A stretch of 59,469 nt of DNA, filler included, from Sphacelaria rigidula (GCA_964200075.2; 4 parts of 4 records of this genome joined end to end with filler, not necessarily neighbours in it), one strand, 5' to 3'. Shown: positions 13,655 through 26,071, counted from the first letter of the whole stretch. The notes: generated by a model from the letters alone, not told the origin. Made by a program: numbers and translations.

Positions 13655-14794
13655 TGATTTGCCGATCGTAGACCAGTATACATACCTTGGCGTAGAGATC
13701 TCAAAAAACTGTTCTTGCATGCGCACATAAACAAAGTAATAGGAAAGGGTAAGGCACAGATAGGCAGAATGGATGTGATCCTCAGAGACCCGCGCCTAGA
13801 CACTAGGATCAAGAGATGTATCCTGATGAACGTGATTGTACCAAACCTGGAATATTCAGGAGACGTATGGGAGAGGAACGTGAAGTTGGTGGAGAGGTTG
13901 GAGACAGTACAGATGGCAGCAGGCAAGAAAATACTTGAATGCTCGAAAACGACGAGTAATACAGCTTTGAGAGCAGAGTTGGGAATGACACTTTCTATGA
14001 TAGCCCCTCACCCAAAAGTGCATGGTTGGAGAGGCAAAATCTTTACGTTAATCGAAATGGAATAAGCCTAGCACAACGAGTAGCTAGCAATTCCCACGCT
14101 TGGGTTCGTTCTCGCCAATGTCGCCAATATGGGGCGCTTTATGCAGCCTGAACCCAAACATCAGGCGCTGCATGTCCATTTGTTTCGTGACACTTTTGGG
14201 CTGGTTCTGGGGGCGGGCTATCGTAGAAAGTGTCAAATGTACTCACCTAAAACAGAGACATGAAGAAATCGCGATGGCAATATAGCGTAAAGAACATGCA
14301 GAGAAAGATTTTACCAGCTATAAGTGATAAGGCTGTATGGAAGAAAAGTACGAAAGGGCGTGCTATAAGGTGGGGTAGAGAAGTAGAGAAAGTGTGGAAG
14401 GAGACAGGCGGAACCCTAGACGAAATACTATCCATGGATGAAGACGCGGGGTACAAGGCAAAAGTAAGAGACATTATAGAAATACGGGGAGAAGGAGTGC
14501 TCACATGCAAAGTAGACGAGGAAGAACACCTGGAAATATACGCGTGGTTGGGGGAGGGGATAGGGATGAAAACATACTTGCATGGCCCAATGGACGCTGG
14601 GAAAAATATGAAATTGCGGTTTCGGGTGGGGGACCTAGATCTGCCAGAAAGAAGAAAGAGATACACCAGTAGTCGAAAGGAGGAGGAAGTAGATGAATAG
14701 AAATGCCTCTGTGGCAAAGCAATAGAGAGCAGAAGACATACAGTGGCAGAATGTGAACTATTCAAGGAGGAACGGGACGTGCTAGAGGGGGAAA
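13655..14794 (+). mobile_element. Non-LTR retrotransposon (LINE) fragment: RT C-terminal/thumb region and downstream Cys-containing tail; degenerate, interrupted by a MITE
   Basis: Translates as LPIVDQYTYLGVEISKN...AHINKVIGKGKAQIGRMDVILRDPRLDTRIKRCILMNVIVPNLEYSGDVW...ALRAELGM. After the insertion it continues ...GMKTYLHGPMDAGKNMKLRFRVGDLDLPERRKRY...CLCGKAIESRRHTVAECELF. It has frameshifts and stops and runs into the contig end. Confidence 0.85.
13986..14235. mobile_element. MITE (~250 bp) inserted in the LINE ORF
   Basis: 21-bp TIRs: TGACACTTTCTATGATAGCCC ... GGGCTATCGTAGAAAGTGTCA. Removing it rejoins the LINE frame (ELGM|YSPK). A second, inverted copy lies at ~12395-12628. Confidence 0.8.
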
Positions 14795-14894
14795 NNNNNN
14801 NNNNNNNNNNNNNNNNNNNNNNNNNNNNNNNNNNNNNNTTAATTAATTAANNNNNNNNNNNNNNNNNNNNNNNNNNNNNNNNNNNNNNNNNNNN
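14795..14894. other. Artificial contig-joining spacer
   Basis: N44 + TTAATTAATTAA (stops in all six frames) + N44. Confidence 0.97.
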
Positions 14895-15067
14895 CCGGTT
14901 TTGGAGGGATGGGAGGTCAATAGCCTTCTGAGTATGACATGCATGATCATGAGTGCCCCCCCCCCCCTCCCATCATCGTAGAACGAAGCCTATTTGTTAT
15001 AAGGGAGGAGCCATGTTACGAGAACGAGGTTTCACAGAGGTCTACATTGCCAGGAACGTTCGCTTAC

Positions 15068-18000
15068 CATAGCCTTTCCACCTCGGTAGAGAGCGTGTCG
15101 CAACTGTTCCACTATGGGAAGATCGGGCTCGGTGCGGCGAACGTGCTTCCAGGTGTTGGTGAATACGAAGATGTCATCGGCACCTGAAGAAATACATGTG
15201 TCGCAGTTCGGCGAACGGAATGCGTAGGGGAAGACGCCCCAGCTAAGGTCAAACGATGAATTATTATGTGACGACAGTTTTGGAAAGCGTCACCATCCTG
15301 CGTAGATATTGTTTTCCTCCTAAAATGCACGCTCCAGCCACTTACTTACATGTACTCCGAAAACGCTGAAGCCTTTCCCGAAGACCTATCCACCGAGACC
15401 AACGCTGCCCGAATGAGCCACACATGGCATGGATACATTGGGCTCACGACACAGAGTTCTGGCCTTGGAAGCAACGACGAGCAACGCTTGATAGCTGCCA
15501 TCAGATATCGTTTACAATTCTGGGTGTGATGCACGGGCTCCAGCTTCCACGTACTTGGCATGTCGGCTGAATATTGAAAGACGTGTAGTTTCCTCTGTGC
15601 TCTTTTTGTGGGGATGGCCTCATCTCATTTCTGCGCAGTGTGACAGCTGGTGGGAGAGGGAACCTTATTGACGGTGTAACATCTACACATGAAGAATGCA
15701 GATTTTCTCACCAATGCCGAGAACCAGAAATACGGACAGAGCGTTCAGCGTCCCGAAGTAGCTGTGGCACGAACGAAAGGGAGCAGAAGCAGCAGTTAAA
15801 CAGCAGGAGGAGGATTACGGGAGTGAAGACGTTTGCATCACTTGAATGGGCATTAGCTGAGCATGAACTACACATGCTCAAGTATAGGGCGATACTATTT
15901 ATACACTCCTGCTAAAAGGGGTTCATTTAACTCCCGCGCGATCGTATCATGGTAAAAAAAGGCTAAGCTGAACGCACCTAAATATGCTTTCGTCACATGG
16001 CGAATCTACATACAACGCGTTGACGTCGACAGCGTAGCTGCAAATCCTACTAATGTCACCGGTGGCTATTGTTGTACCTCATTCTGGTAAGCGACTCCCC
16101 TACCCTTCAACACTACTCAGTGCATGCGGTCTGTCCCACTCCTTCTACAGCCCGGTTCATCTGACCCTTTAGGCCAGAGAGTACCCGTATCCAATTACAA
16201 CACGCTTTATCCTCGCGAAAAAAAGCAATCATCAATGCTTGGTGAATTGACGTCTATAGGCAATACCTTGCAGGCAAAGTCACTGTCGAGCGCTGTTACT
16301 GTGATTTCGAATATTGACTCACTTGTATCCCGAGATGATACGGTACACGATGAGAGCGGGTCCAAAGTTTCCGAGGATCATAAGCATCCCCACAATTCCA
16401 AGCCTGCCGTCACGACACAATAGGCCACAAAAGTCGAAATAAATGCGGTATCGTATATTATAAGTAACATTCGGCCCTGACTAATCCAGGGCAAGGTCTT
16501 GACAGTAGTGGACGCTCATGCAGCTACAGATCGTGAGAGAGAAAAGAGCCACTGATGAGTTCTTGGGTAATACCACAAGCCCGCGAGGGCAATATCCGTG
16601 GAAGTCCAGTACACCGTGACCCCTTCGCGCAAGTGTCCGTGACCCCTTCGCGCAAGTGTCGAGCAATTTGCCTCCAACATGACGTAAAGTACAGCGATCA
16701 TATGCCACACGGGGGTACAAGTACACACACGCACATCACCCAAACGTATCCATAGCAAGCGACTGTAATCTGAACGGCAGTACGCTATCGGCGGTGCGAG
16801 AAGCCATGCAAAAACAAGAGTCAAGCGCGCAAGGTGGCGATACTTGGGGAAGTGAGGCCCTCGTTGGTCAAACCCGGTGGGTGTCCCTGTCACACTCAAA
16901 GCATGTATCAACGAACAGTAACTCACCACCAAGACCTCAGCGAGATGATCAGGTAGACGACGATAAATAGGACGGCAAAGATCAGAAGCGAGGAATCCGA
17001 TAGCAAGACGCTGTTCACATAGACTGTACAAAAAGCAGTTAGGGAGGGTAACGTTCGGCACGCGAGACAAGAACGGGAAAAATGGGCAGGAAGGGGCAGG
17101 CGAGTTTGAGGAAAATATCTGAAAGATGTCATCAGTGGTGACCTACCAGATGTACGAGTCAAGATGTATTCGTCATGAAGGACACCGAAACACCTGGACG
17201 GAAAACATGGTTCAAGCTTTGAAATGAGTTTCAAGGGTCCTTTGTTTCCGACGGTAGTTTGCCCCCGAGTGTTTCTTTGCTTCATTGTTGGGGGAGGGTC
17301 ATGGAAACAATCCCCTCGGACCCTCGCGTTAGTTTTTTTTCCCGCGCTCCAGGGGGCTATGCTTGTAATGCGTGAGAAGGCCGCGTGCTAAGAGGACCGC
17401 ATCGTAGTTCAGAACACCTCAGGATCGGCGCTTTTCAAAACCAATCGGACCAGTCCCTGCAGGGACAACGCCCCTGACCTTAACCCCAACCCTGGTCCAA
17501 ATCCTAACCATAGGAGTGTTTAAACCCCGAAGCGGTCCCCTGAGCACGTGGTCCTCTCACGGATTACAATGCCAAACCCTATAATTAGAGAGGAAACGTT
17601 CTACATTAATTCCTACACGAATCGAGTTACTTGAGCTCAGAGTGGAGGAGGCATGTTCCTTTAAATGAGAGTCGGTGACCCTAGTCCCTTTTTCTTACAC
17701 AAGCTGAAGCGACTTAATTGAACTGGGTATACGTCAAGGGTGTACACGTTACTCTCGTCACGTGTCACGTCGAGTCACGCTTCATGACAAACGTGAAGCC
17801 TGGTAAGTACCACGGCGGGGGACGGGGACCACGTGGGGAGCCCTGTTAAAAGTCAAGTCAAATCAGGGCTCCCCACGTGATCCCCCACCGCAGTACTAGC
17901 CTGGCTCAACACTTTTGGCGTGAAACGTCAACGTAACGAGTGTGACATCTTGATTTGATTTGATTGATTTGATCGATTTGGTTGATTTGGTTGATTTGAT

Positions 18001-21000
18001 TGTCGCACTTTAACCGACGTCTAGATCCTTGGTATACGTGACCCACGCCACGTGATGTTGCCAAAGGTGTCGAACGATAACTAGTGCTACCAAACCATTC
18101 AACCAGCTGCCGAGTCGTCAAATTCGTCTACAAGCTGAAGGAAATTTCAAGCAAAACAGAGGTGGCCTAACATACGTTTTTCGGTCAGCCAGGAGGGAAG
18201 GGGGGAAGTCTGGGGGTGTTTCGTAATTTCTACTACCCTTACCTCCACCCTCGTCCCACTTTTACGTGTTGAGAGTGCTGAAATAGTTATGTGTTCGTCT
18301 TGCCGACATGGGGTGGCTATGAAAAATCGAGGTAAGATTATGAAAACAATTAATCAAACTCATGTACGACAGTCCGAGTACTTGACCATAAACACTTTCG
18401 CTGCAACCCTGTGGGATAAATCCAACCCAATTCGTGCAGTATCACAGACTCGTTTCAGAGTTGAAATAGCCATCAGTGAACACCGAAAAATGGTGAATCG
18501 TATAGTCGTGCACAGCCTAGGTATGATATATGTTGGATACACTTACTGTCGAGCATGCCATTGCCTTCGCCACCCCAGAAAACTTTCACGCCTTGTACTC
18601 CATCCTCCAAGATATCCTGGAACATGACAAATGCGACAAGTCCCGCGGCACAGAAAACAGATATTCTGTGTCGTGAGTGTACTGGTGGTGGTAACAACAA
18701 CAGCGAACGGAATTAGTACCACGTAGTAAGGTGCACGATGATGCTTCCTCACCTGGTACCTTGATTCAAAACCGCACAATGTCGCACGATCGACATACAA
18801 GGTTCAGAGCTAAGGTACATTGCACAGCATCGGGTACGGGTAGACATCCCACTTGCTACACAGTAGTACCTGCCGACCTCGCAAGGAACGGTACATTTGT
18901 TGAATCGAGATCTCACCACAATTTCATCGAGCAAAAACTCCCCCAGCTCATTCTTCATGTCAACCAAACCGTCGGTGTCCGTATCATACAGCTCTCCGGA
19001 CGACTTGCGTTGAGGGCTTCCGAAGTAAAACACTGACAGATTTCAGACGCGAATGAGCACACGGAAAACGCGCAGGGAACTCAAAGTTGACGTCGGGGTA
19101 TCATGCAGCAGCAGACACAATACTTTGAAACCGGGTCAGTAACACACTGGATAGAGTGCATGCAGAACACACACGGAAACACAACTACTTAAAACCAAAC
19201 CCTTTTCACGGGGCAGGGTGGAGATAGTGTTGGTGAGAATTTGAAGCACTGGGCAATTAGAAACAGTAAGTACGGGTGTTGAACCACGTACCCTGTCTAC
19301 GTAGTTTTTCTTGTTTCTGCTTCCACTGCTGTGTGGTAGACTGGATCGTATCAGTGGTTTCTCAAGAATCTGATCTCGATAGACTTCCGGGAACGCGCCC
19401 GGACTCGTCGAAGGTAATCGCATTCTGGTACAGTTTGGTTCTTCTACTGGTGGACGTCCTGGCCGTCGTAAGCTCTACGATCGCGACAACTGTCCGACAG
19501 CTCTCATCTGGCTCACCAGACATCATCGCCTGGGCGGAAGAGATGACCTCGCCGTTGTCTTGGATGCCGAAGTTGGTATCCATCAATTCGCTAGTTTGAG
19601 CAGAGTGTTGGGCACGAGACGGATCGGGTAGGGAGTCTAGTTAATGAGGCACGTGGAAAACACTTCTTGGTTGGTGCAGGGTCTAACGAGGAAAACAGCA
19701 AACGAATCGAAGTGTCAGCGGTGCCCTACGCCTATCATGGGTGATTAAAACTGAGTATCTTGGTACCATCGAGTCCACCCACATCGTCGAGGTGGTGACA
19801 GCGGCGGCGAAAGCAGCAGCAGCAATGAAGCGGAAGATACAAAAGATATAATGTAGCTCAGTCAGGACAGCAGGCATCGTATCCCACCTAATGGGGCTAG
19901 CGATAGTCACGTTGACGCCATCCACTGTCAAAGCATAGGGACTGGCATCGCCGTTTGCAGCCGCCGGACACCCCGTCACCTCCGAACAATATCCCGACCA
20001 GTACTGTGGCACCAAGCGAGCGTTGGCATATCCAGCGTGTTCGTATGTGCAAGCATGTGTGCGGGAAGAGCAGCAGACGGGAATTGTGAGACGATAAATC
20101 AACCTTTGTAACTACGAGGCCCCAGTCAACGCCAGCAGTTCGGTTTCAGGTGCAACCACGCTGCGAACACCCTACAGCATACGAGGCTGACCCGTTGCCG
20201 TGGGTGTGTTTAGTTTTGAAAAGGTCCGTCATGACGGAACCAGCCTGTAATGCGTGAGAGGACCGCGTGCTTAGAGGACCGCGTGCTTAGAGGACCGCAT
20301 CGTAGTCCAAAACACCTCAGGATCGACTGTTTTTCAAAACCAATCGGGCCGATCTCTGCAGGGACCACGCCCCTGATCCCAACCCCAACACTAACCCTAA
20401 CCCTAACCCTAGCCCTAACCATAGGGATATTCAAATTCCGATGCGATCTTCTAAGCACGCGGTCCTCTCATGCATTACACAGCCGCCCCCCAGTGGTCTC
20501 CCTCGTACATGGTAAAATCGTTACGGTGAAGCTGAGGGTTCAAATCTCCGTAGATTCCTGTCTTAGAAAATGCGAGGACATATGACTCCGAAAAACAAGT
20601 TCAAAGTCGACGTGGTGCGGAATTGCCGATCTCATCCCCGATACCGCAGGGTCAAGCACACACCGTGGGAGAGGCGAATTGATCGCTGAACGGCTACGGG
20701 CTCGTCTCCCCGAGAAGGAAAGAATTTGTAATCACGACTGAGAAACAATGGCGAGCAAAATCCCAACCTGTTTTCTTCCACGTGAAAGCGGGAATGGTGT
20801 AGCTTGCATGTGTCGGACGAGAGCATATGCCCGAAACACAACATTCCAGGTGAATCAGTGATTCGATTTTCGTAGACAATGACGGGATGGTGTTGTTCAA
20901 CCTTCTTCTGAATTTGAAAACATGTGTCGAGCCCCAACCATACCTGAATCACAGCGTCGATGTTGTCCTGGCTGAGGTCAATCGCATCACCGTCGACTGT

Positions 21001-24000
21001 ATCTTGGGGGTTAGCTGTGGGTATCGAACGCACAGCCGGTTGATCGCACCGTGGACATCGGGCAACGTCAAGACGGTATCGACGAAACAAGGAAAACAGA
21101 GGGGCAAGGTTGGAAGCTTTCTCGGTGGTGGGTACAGTGGCCCCTAGGTACTGCCGTGCGCAGCGTGGAAGCGGAACGTTTGGAGACTACGGCGACGTGC
21201 TCGGAATCGTTTCTTAGGGGTTCAACGGAGATGCAAAGGACAGAGGGGTGAAGCTCATTCATCATAAAACTATCTCGTGCCTGTCGACGCGTGAGACCCA
21301 CTCTGGTGTACACAGCACAATAGTCATGACAGGCAGCAAAAATCATAGTGCTCACCAAACGCGTAGTAGTTGTCCTGGTCTGGGGACGCCAACTTCGACT
21401 GGTTCAGCGCCAGCTGAATAGCCCCAGTACGCACATGAAAAGCAAGAATCCGCCACGAGAAAGACGTGAACGAAAAGGCACACATTAATCGACAGGAATA
21501 ATTGGTTCCATACTGTATGTAAAAAATCAGTCGTGAAAACTTGCTCCCGCTATTGTGATGTAGACCGAGCATTTGATAACGACCATCGGCGTGTGACCAG
21601 CAAGAGCTCAGAGTTTATACAAAACAACAGAGATGAAAGAGGTGCAGGCGAATTCGCGTGTCTTATCTGTTCTGCAAAGTGTATCTCCCCACCCCAAAAC
21701 ACGATGCACTTGAAAGGGCCAACACGGACGAAGAATTTTGTCACAATACCTCAGCACTCGACCTACCTCGGCATTGAATTTGCTGGGAACAGTAGGTTCT
21801 GGAGGGGGGGTAGTCGTCGGCATCCACCAACCTGGTAAATCAGTATTGCAATAGTAAGCAGCACGCGGGACCAGTATGGACAGGGATCAGTATCACAGTA
21901 CAAGTTAACGATGCGTTTGAGGCGGTCAAATATCACGAAGCACGCTCTTGCCATGTTCGAAAGGACTCATACCGCGGTAGGGGTTGCACATGTGGGCCCA
22001 GATTTTTCTTACTAAGGGGCTCCTAGGTTAGGAGCTACACATGAATATGGGTCAGGACATTCCCGTTCCAATACTCATTTCTAGATTTTCTTAGCTCGTC
22101 AGAATGCTAATCGTGTTGTGCTCCCCCAAATTTTATGAGTCGTCTTTTGGATGGGGTGAAGGGCGCCTAGCAATTCAACCGTGAAATTTGTATTGCGAGC
22201 CACCACCACCGTGGTATCACTTAAAGGGAGCCCCCTAGGTTGGTCGTTGATGCGAATGTCTGCAGCACGAAAGCTCGCCACGAGTCCGAAAAGCTACCTG
22301 TTTGTACAATTATCTACTGGAGGCCTTCACTCACTTGGGTCGAAGTAGTTGACCACGGAGTCCTGACGAACGCAGACAGGGTTATTCGTGTTGAAGTCGT
22401 AGTTCAGCGCGCAAAACGTGGTGTACTCTGCGACTGCTACGATTTTCTCCTCCATTTCTGCCAGAGATGTGGCGGAGATGGTGGTGGAGGAGAAGAGGAA
22501 GGCAGACGCGGAGACAATGGGGAGGACAGATACGGAGCCAAAGACACATAAAGAGCAGTGGGGGTATCAGTCACATACACAGGCGTCTTGATGCCTACAC
22601 AAGCATCTTGATGCCCGAGGTACTCCGATACATACAATAATAACGATGCCTGTAGACCTCTAGCAAAACGCATGCAGCGCGTTCGGAGTAGTAGTGTGGT
22701 ATGAGAGAGAGTTGTGGACTCGACAAGGTCCCCATCATGCGAAGGCGAGTACTGGTGTTACCTTTGATGCCGTCCAGGACTTCTGCGGACAGGAGCGTAT
22801 CGGCGTCGTCAAGCTCATAGATCACTCTCAATCTGAAGTCGTCAATAGCCTGCACCACGGGACAAAAACATTCATAAATATACACGACTGGTCAAACTTG
22901 ACAACGGATCACTAGGTCAAAACTCGTCACAATGGTATCACATGTGAGTGACCGGCGAATGGTTGCCATACAGATCCCTCAACCAGGACGCAAGCGTTCA
23001 TACGGTACGTGGCAGGCGTATACCAACGTAAACATGATGCCGCATTATCTGACATTAAAAAAAATACAGAAGAGCTTCACGTATCTTTCACGCTAGCACA
23101 CGTACACGGCGCGTGTGCACTTGTTATTACATGTGGGACAGATTCTGCACGTCAAATGGTGGTGGAGCATGCAACCCTCGCCGCAAAAACTACAGCACGA
23201 CGATCGTGTCACCGGCGTACAATGATCATGCCCGGAAGATGCAGCACTTCCTTCTTACATTCTCGCGCTCATTGAGTTCGCCGTCCAGACGAGCGTCCGC
23301 CACGTCGAACGCACTCAAGAGGGCCACCTCGCGTTTGTAAGACACGTGGTCGTACAGGTACTGCGGTAAGATCACACCCGATTCGCAAAAAGCAACGAAG
23401 AAGATGCCCACACAAGCATAACAGACGCCGCCGCACGGGAATGGTCGAGGCCAAAAACGTGTTAAACAAAGTCAGGGAGTGAGGCACCGGTTTTCTTGCA
23501 TATATCTGCCGTACCTGACGGCAGTGAGTAATCCAGGGGGTGGAGGGAGGGGTACTCATTTTCTGCTTGCCTTAGTCGTTCGACCATTGACTACGCATCC
23601 CTTTCGAGACGGAGCGGGAGGGGGGAGGTAGCCAACATCATCTTACGCGGCATCATTGCGCGTCAACAGCCTTCGAGTGAAGGATGACACGGACACAGCA
23701 CCTTCATCGCACAAAACCACGTTTCAACAAATGCAGACAGGAGCAAGAAAACGGTGAATCCTGCTTCAGCATCGCAAAGTACCAGGTATGAACACGCGCA
23801 TCGAGCGAGTTACCACCGCACTCTGTACTCAGTCGTCCTGGGCGTCATGAACTCACAAATGGGACGTCGCTGGAGAACTGGTGTTGGGGGAGGCGCAGCG
23901 GAGGTATCCGGTAGTTTTGCGGCCAAGGAATGAGAGACGACGTGCATGCACGGACGGGGACGCGAACACCGCGTGTCGTATTTGGTAGGGAGCGGCAGGT

Positions 24001-25741
24001 GGCAATCAACAGTGCCGTAGAAAAAAAAAGGTGACGCAATTGGCTAGGCGACAATTTCACTAGAGATCATTTTGTTCGTATATCCTTGAGCTCGCGAACA
24101 CGCATTCTTAACATCGGATGATCTCTATTTGCCACAGGGTGCGTGGTTGCGCGAGTCAGGTCCCGCGCTCGTGTATCTAGCACGAGCGTCATTTTACCGC
24201 GAAACGCTTGCTTACCCGGATGACTTCGATGCCGCCGAAAAGCATGCCGACCAGAACCTGCTCAACGGGAGCGAATCGACACATCCGTTCACGACGATTC
24301 GCCGAGGCGGCGGGGATGGATACACAAAATGAGACATTGCTGGGGACGCAAGCAGATCAGGTGACGAAGGTTGAAGGTTCTAAGAAGGTTTACATGCATC
24401 GACTACGTCGTACAGGGCGAGCAAACGAGAGCTTTATCCATCGACGATTGTGGTGGTGTATCACACGGACCGACTCAACACATGCAATACCATCGTAGGT
24501 GACCGTACGTTCAGGCGGGCCGACTAGGTACCTGCGCGTTTTAGTGACGGCCGACCATGCATACCTTCTTCGCATATGGGCGCGTGCCGGTACATATGAG
24601 GATATATCGGCCAACCGTTCCTCCTCTTCACATCAACATGCCGCGTGATTAGCCCGATATAACTCTCAATTTTTTCACAGCATGTATCACGCGACCACGG
24701 CTGAACTCCTGGAGGGCCAGTTACAGTGCGACTATCATATCAAAATCAATAAAAATCCATGCATGTTCTGGATACAGTACTGTAGTACACGGCAGGTCCA
24801 CCAGATCCATGAACATCACATGTAAACGTTTACAGCACAGTACTCGAACTAGTAGGATCTGGTGGTACATTCTAATTCAAGTCCAGCTATTTTCTTCCGA
24901 ACCCAAGAACGTTTCGCCGCCAGCTCATGATGTGACGAACGCGGCCTGTCAGTATAGTTATTACAGAGGGCACAGCACAGGATCCGTATACTGTATCCTG
25001 TTCCACGTACAAGTAACGAGTGACGACAAAATATTATTGTGATACTGAAATCAAGATGAAACAACATTTCTTGCAGCCACGGATAGAAACGCCCCCCACA
25101 ACAGCATTGTTCACATCAGGATATTCACCCTTTGGCAGCAGCGAGGGTGGGTAATCTTTCGAATCGGCATCAATTTCATTCGGAAAAGGAATGCATGGAC
25201 TACCCTTGAGCTTTAAGGTTTAAACGGTAATTACTATAATAGAGAGGCTTTCATCAGGAGTGATGGGGCGGGTGAACAATTGAACACTCTTGGATATCAA
25301 CAACGTTTGAACCGTTGCTCACAGACACCCATTACAAGGGAGAGAGCTGACAACACAGTCCACCACCATGATTACAACCTGCACAGCATAGTGCAGTAAA
25401 GATGAACAGGCGGCACAGGCAGCACGGGCGGGAATGATACATTGCAGTGCAACTGCACTGTGCACCGCTTCATACAGTCGACACATAGTATCCAGACGGT
25501 CTAGACAGTGCAGCAAGGTTAGTGCCCCTGAACAAACTGGACAACAACAGCAAAAACTCACCACCAAAAAGAACACCAGCGCGCAGCAAAAAGAGCAGCA
25601 TGTCATGAGCGGCCTCTCTACAGTAGGCTTTGCATAGAAGAACGGCGTACACGTCTTTTCTTCATCACACTTGCCGTTCCCGCCGTTGCAATCATGCTGA
25701 CGGCTGCTCTTTCGTTTGGGGCCCGTTTGTGCGCGAAGCAT
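15068..25741 (-). CDS. Dispatched/Patched-family (RND, sterol-sensing domain) membrane protein; 17 exons, 490 aa, 3' half missing at contig end
   Basis: Manually spliced GT-AG exons, all phase-compatible and stop-free: 25741-25562, 24257-24216, 23877-23857, 23360-23259, 22849-22762, 22457-22335, 21831-21767, 21413-21356, 21014-20944, 20003-19888, 19590-19517, 19032-18917, 18616-18547, 17023-16927, 16403-16323, 15761-15712, 15183-15068. The translation has TM1 (YAKPTVERPLMTCCSFCCALVFFLVVLVGMLFGG) and a luminal domain (GIKEMEEKIVAVAEYTTFC...CVRQDSVVNYFDP; AMMSVFYFGSP; VKVFWGG). SSD helices follow: YVNSVLLSDSSLLIFAVLFIVVYLIISLRSWWLGIVGMLMILGNFGPALIVYRIISGYNYFGTLNALSVFLVLGIGADDIFVFTNTWK...LRHALYRGGKAM. 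This matches the Dispatched TM4 GxxxDD signature. Confidence 0.92.
17364..17568. mobile_element. Second, more diverged copy of the TGT...ACA telomere-repeat MITE
   Basis: Same TIRs and internal sequence as 20246-20479. TSD ATGCT/ATGCC. Degenerate repeat CCTTAACCCCAACCCTGG..CCTAACC. Confidence 0.8.
17802..17902. repeat. Short palindromic hairpin element (MITE-like) in SSD-gene intron, next to a (GATTT)n tract
   Basis: GGACCACGTGGGGAGCCCTG ... CAGGGCTCCCCACGTGATCC forms a ~20-bp stem. (GATTT/GATT)n at 17951-18001. Confidence 0.6.
20246..20479. mobile_element. TGT...ACA MITE with internal telomeric repeats, in an intron of the SSD gene
   Basis: ~40-bp imperfect TIR TGTAATGCGTGAGAGGACCGCGTGCTTAGA ... 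TCTAAGCACGCGGTCCTCTCATGCATTACA. Perfect 5-bp TSD CAGCC. Internal CTAACCCTAACCCTAACCCTAGCCCTAACC. Confidence 0.85.
23545..23625 (-). mobile_element. Severely 5'-truncated LINE 3' tail
   Basis: GTACTCATTTTCTGCTTGCCTTAGTCGTTCGACCATTGACTACGCATCCCTTTCGAGACGGAGC is the reverse complement of the tail at 43385-43450. Confidence 0.75.
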
Positions 25742-26071
25742 GACTTTCAGCCAAGAAGAACCTGTTCGAAGAGGGAGTCTTGGACCAGCAGCAGGACAGG
25801 ACTGACTGTGGTGGAGTTCTGTATCTATGGACGGCCACTTGCTCTCTGCTCGCCCTGTACCACTGCGCTGAACTTTGCTGTACTGTACCGTTATGCGCTG
25901 TATGCCTTACTATAGGAAGGGTATGTAGACTGAGAGATGGAGTGTGTCTGTGCTGTGTGGGGTTGTGACGGCCTGGGTACAAGATACAGGTCGCACGGTG
26001 ACTTTTGTTTTTTTTGTAACGGGGCAAAAGCACCTTCCCAAGAACGGCGATGTAATCTAATTTCCCGCGGT

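Noticed and set aside
1-14794. Search for the 3' half of the SSD gene in the adjacent segment
   Set aside because: No TSxTT/TM5-12 exons were found on the minus strand, and the segment is an unrelated contig.
14839-14850. TTAATTAATTAA palindrome recurring with exact 14892-nt periodicity
   Set aside because: It is embedded in Ns and is an artificial six-frame stop linker, not biological.
18400-24300. Initially considered endogenous virus-like ORF fragments
   Set aside because: The fragments splice cleanly into the Dispatched-like host gene.
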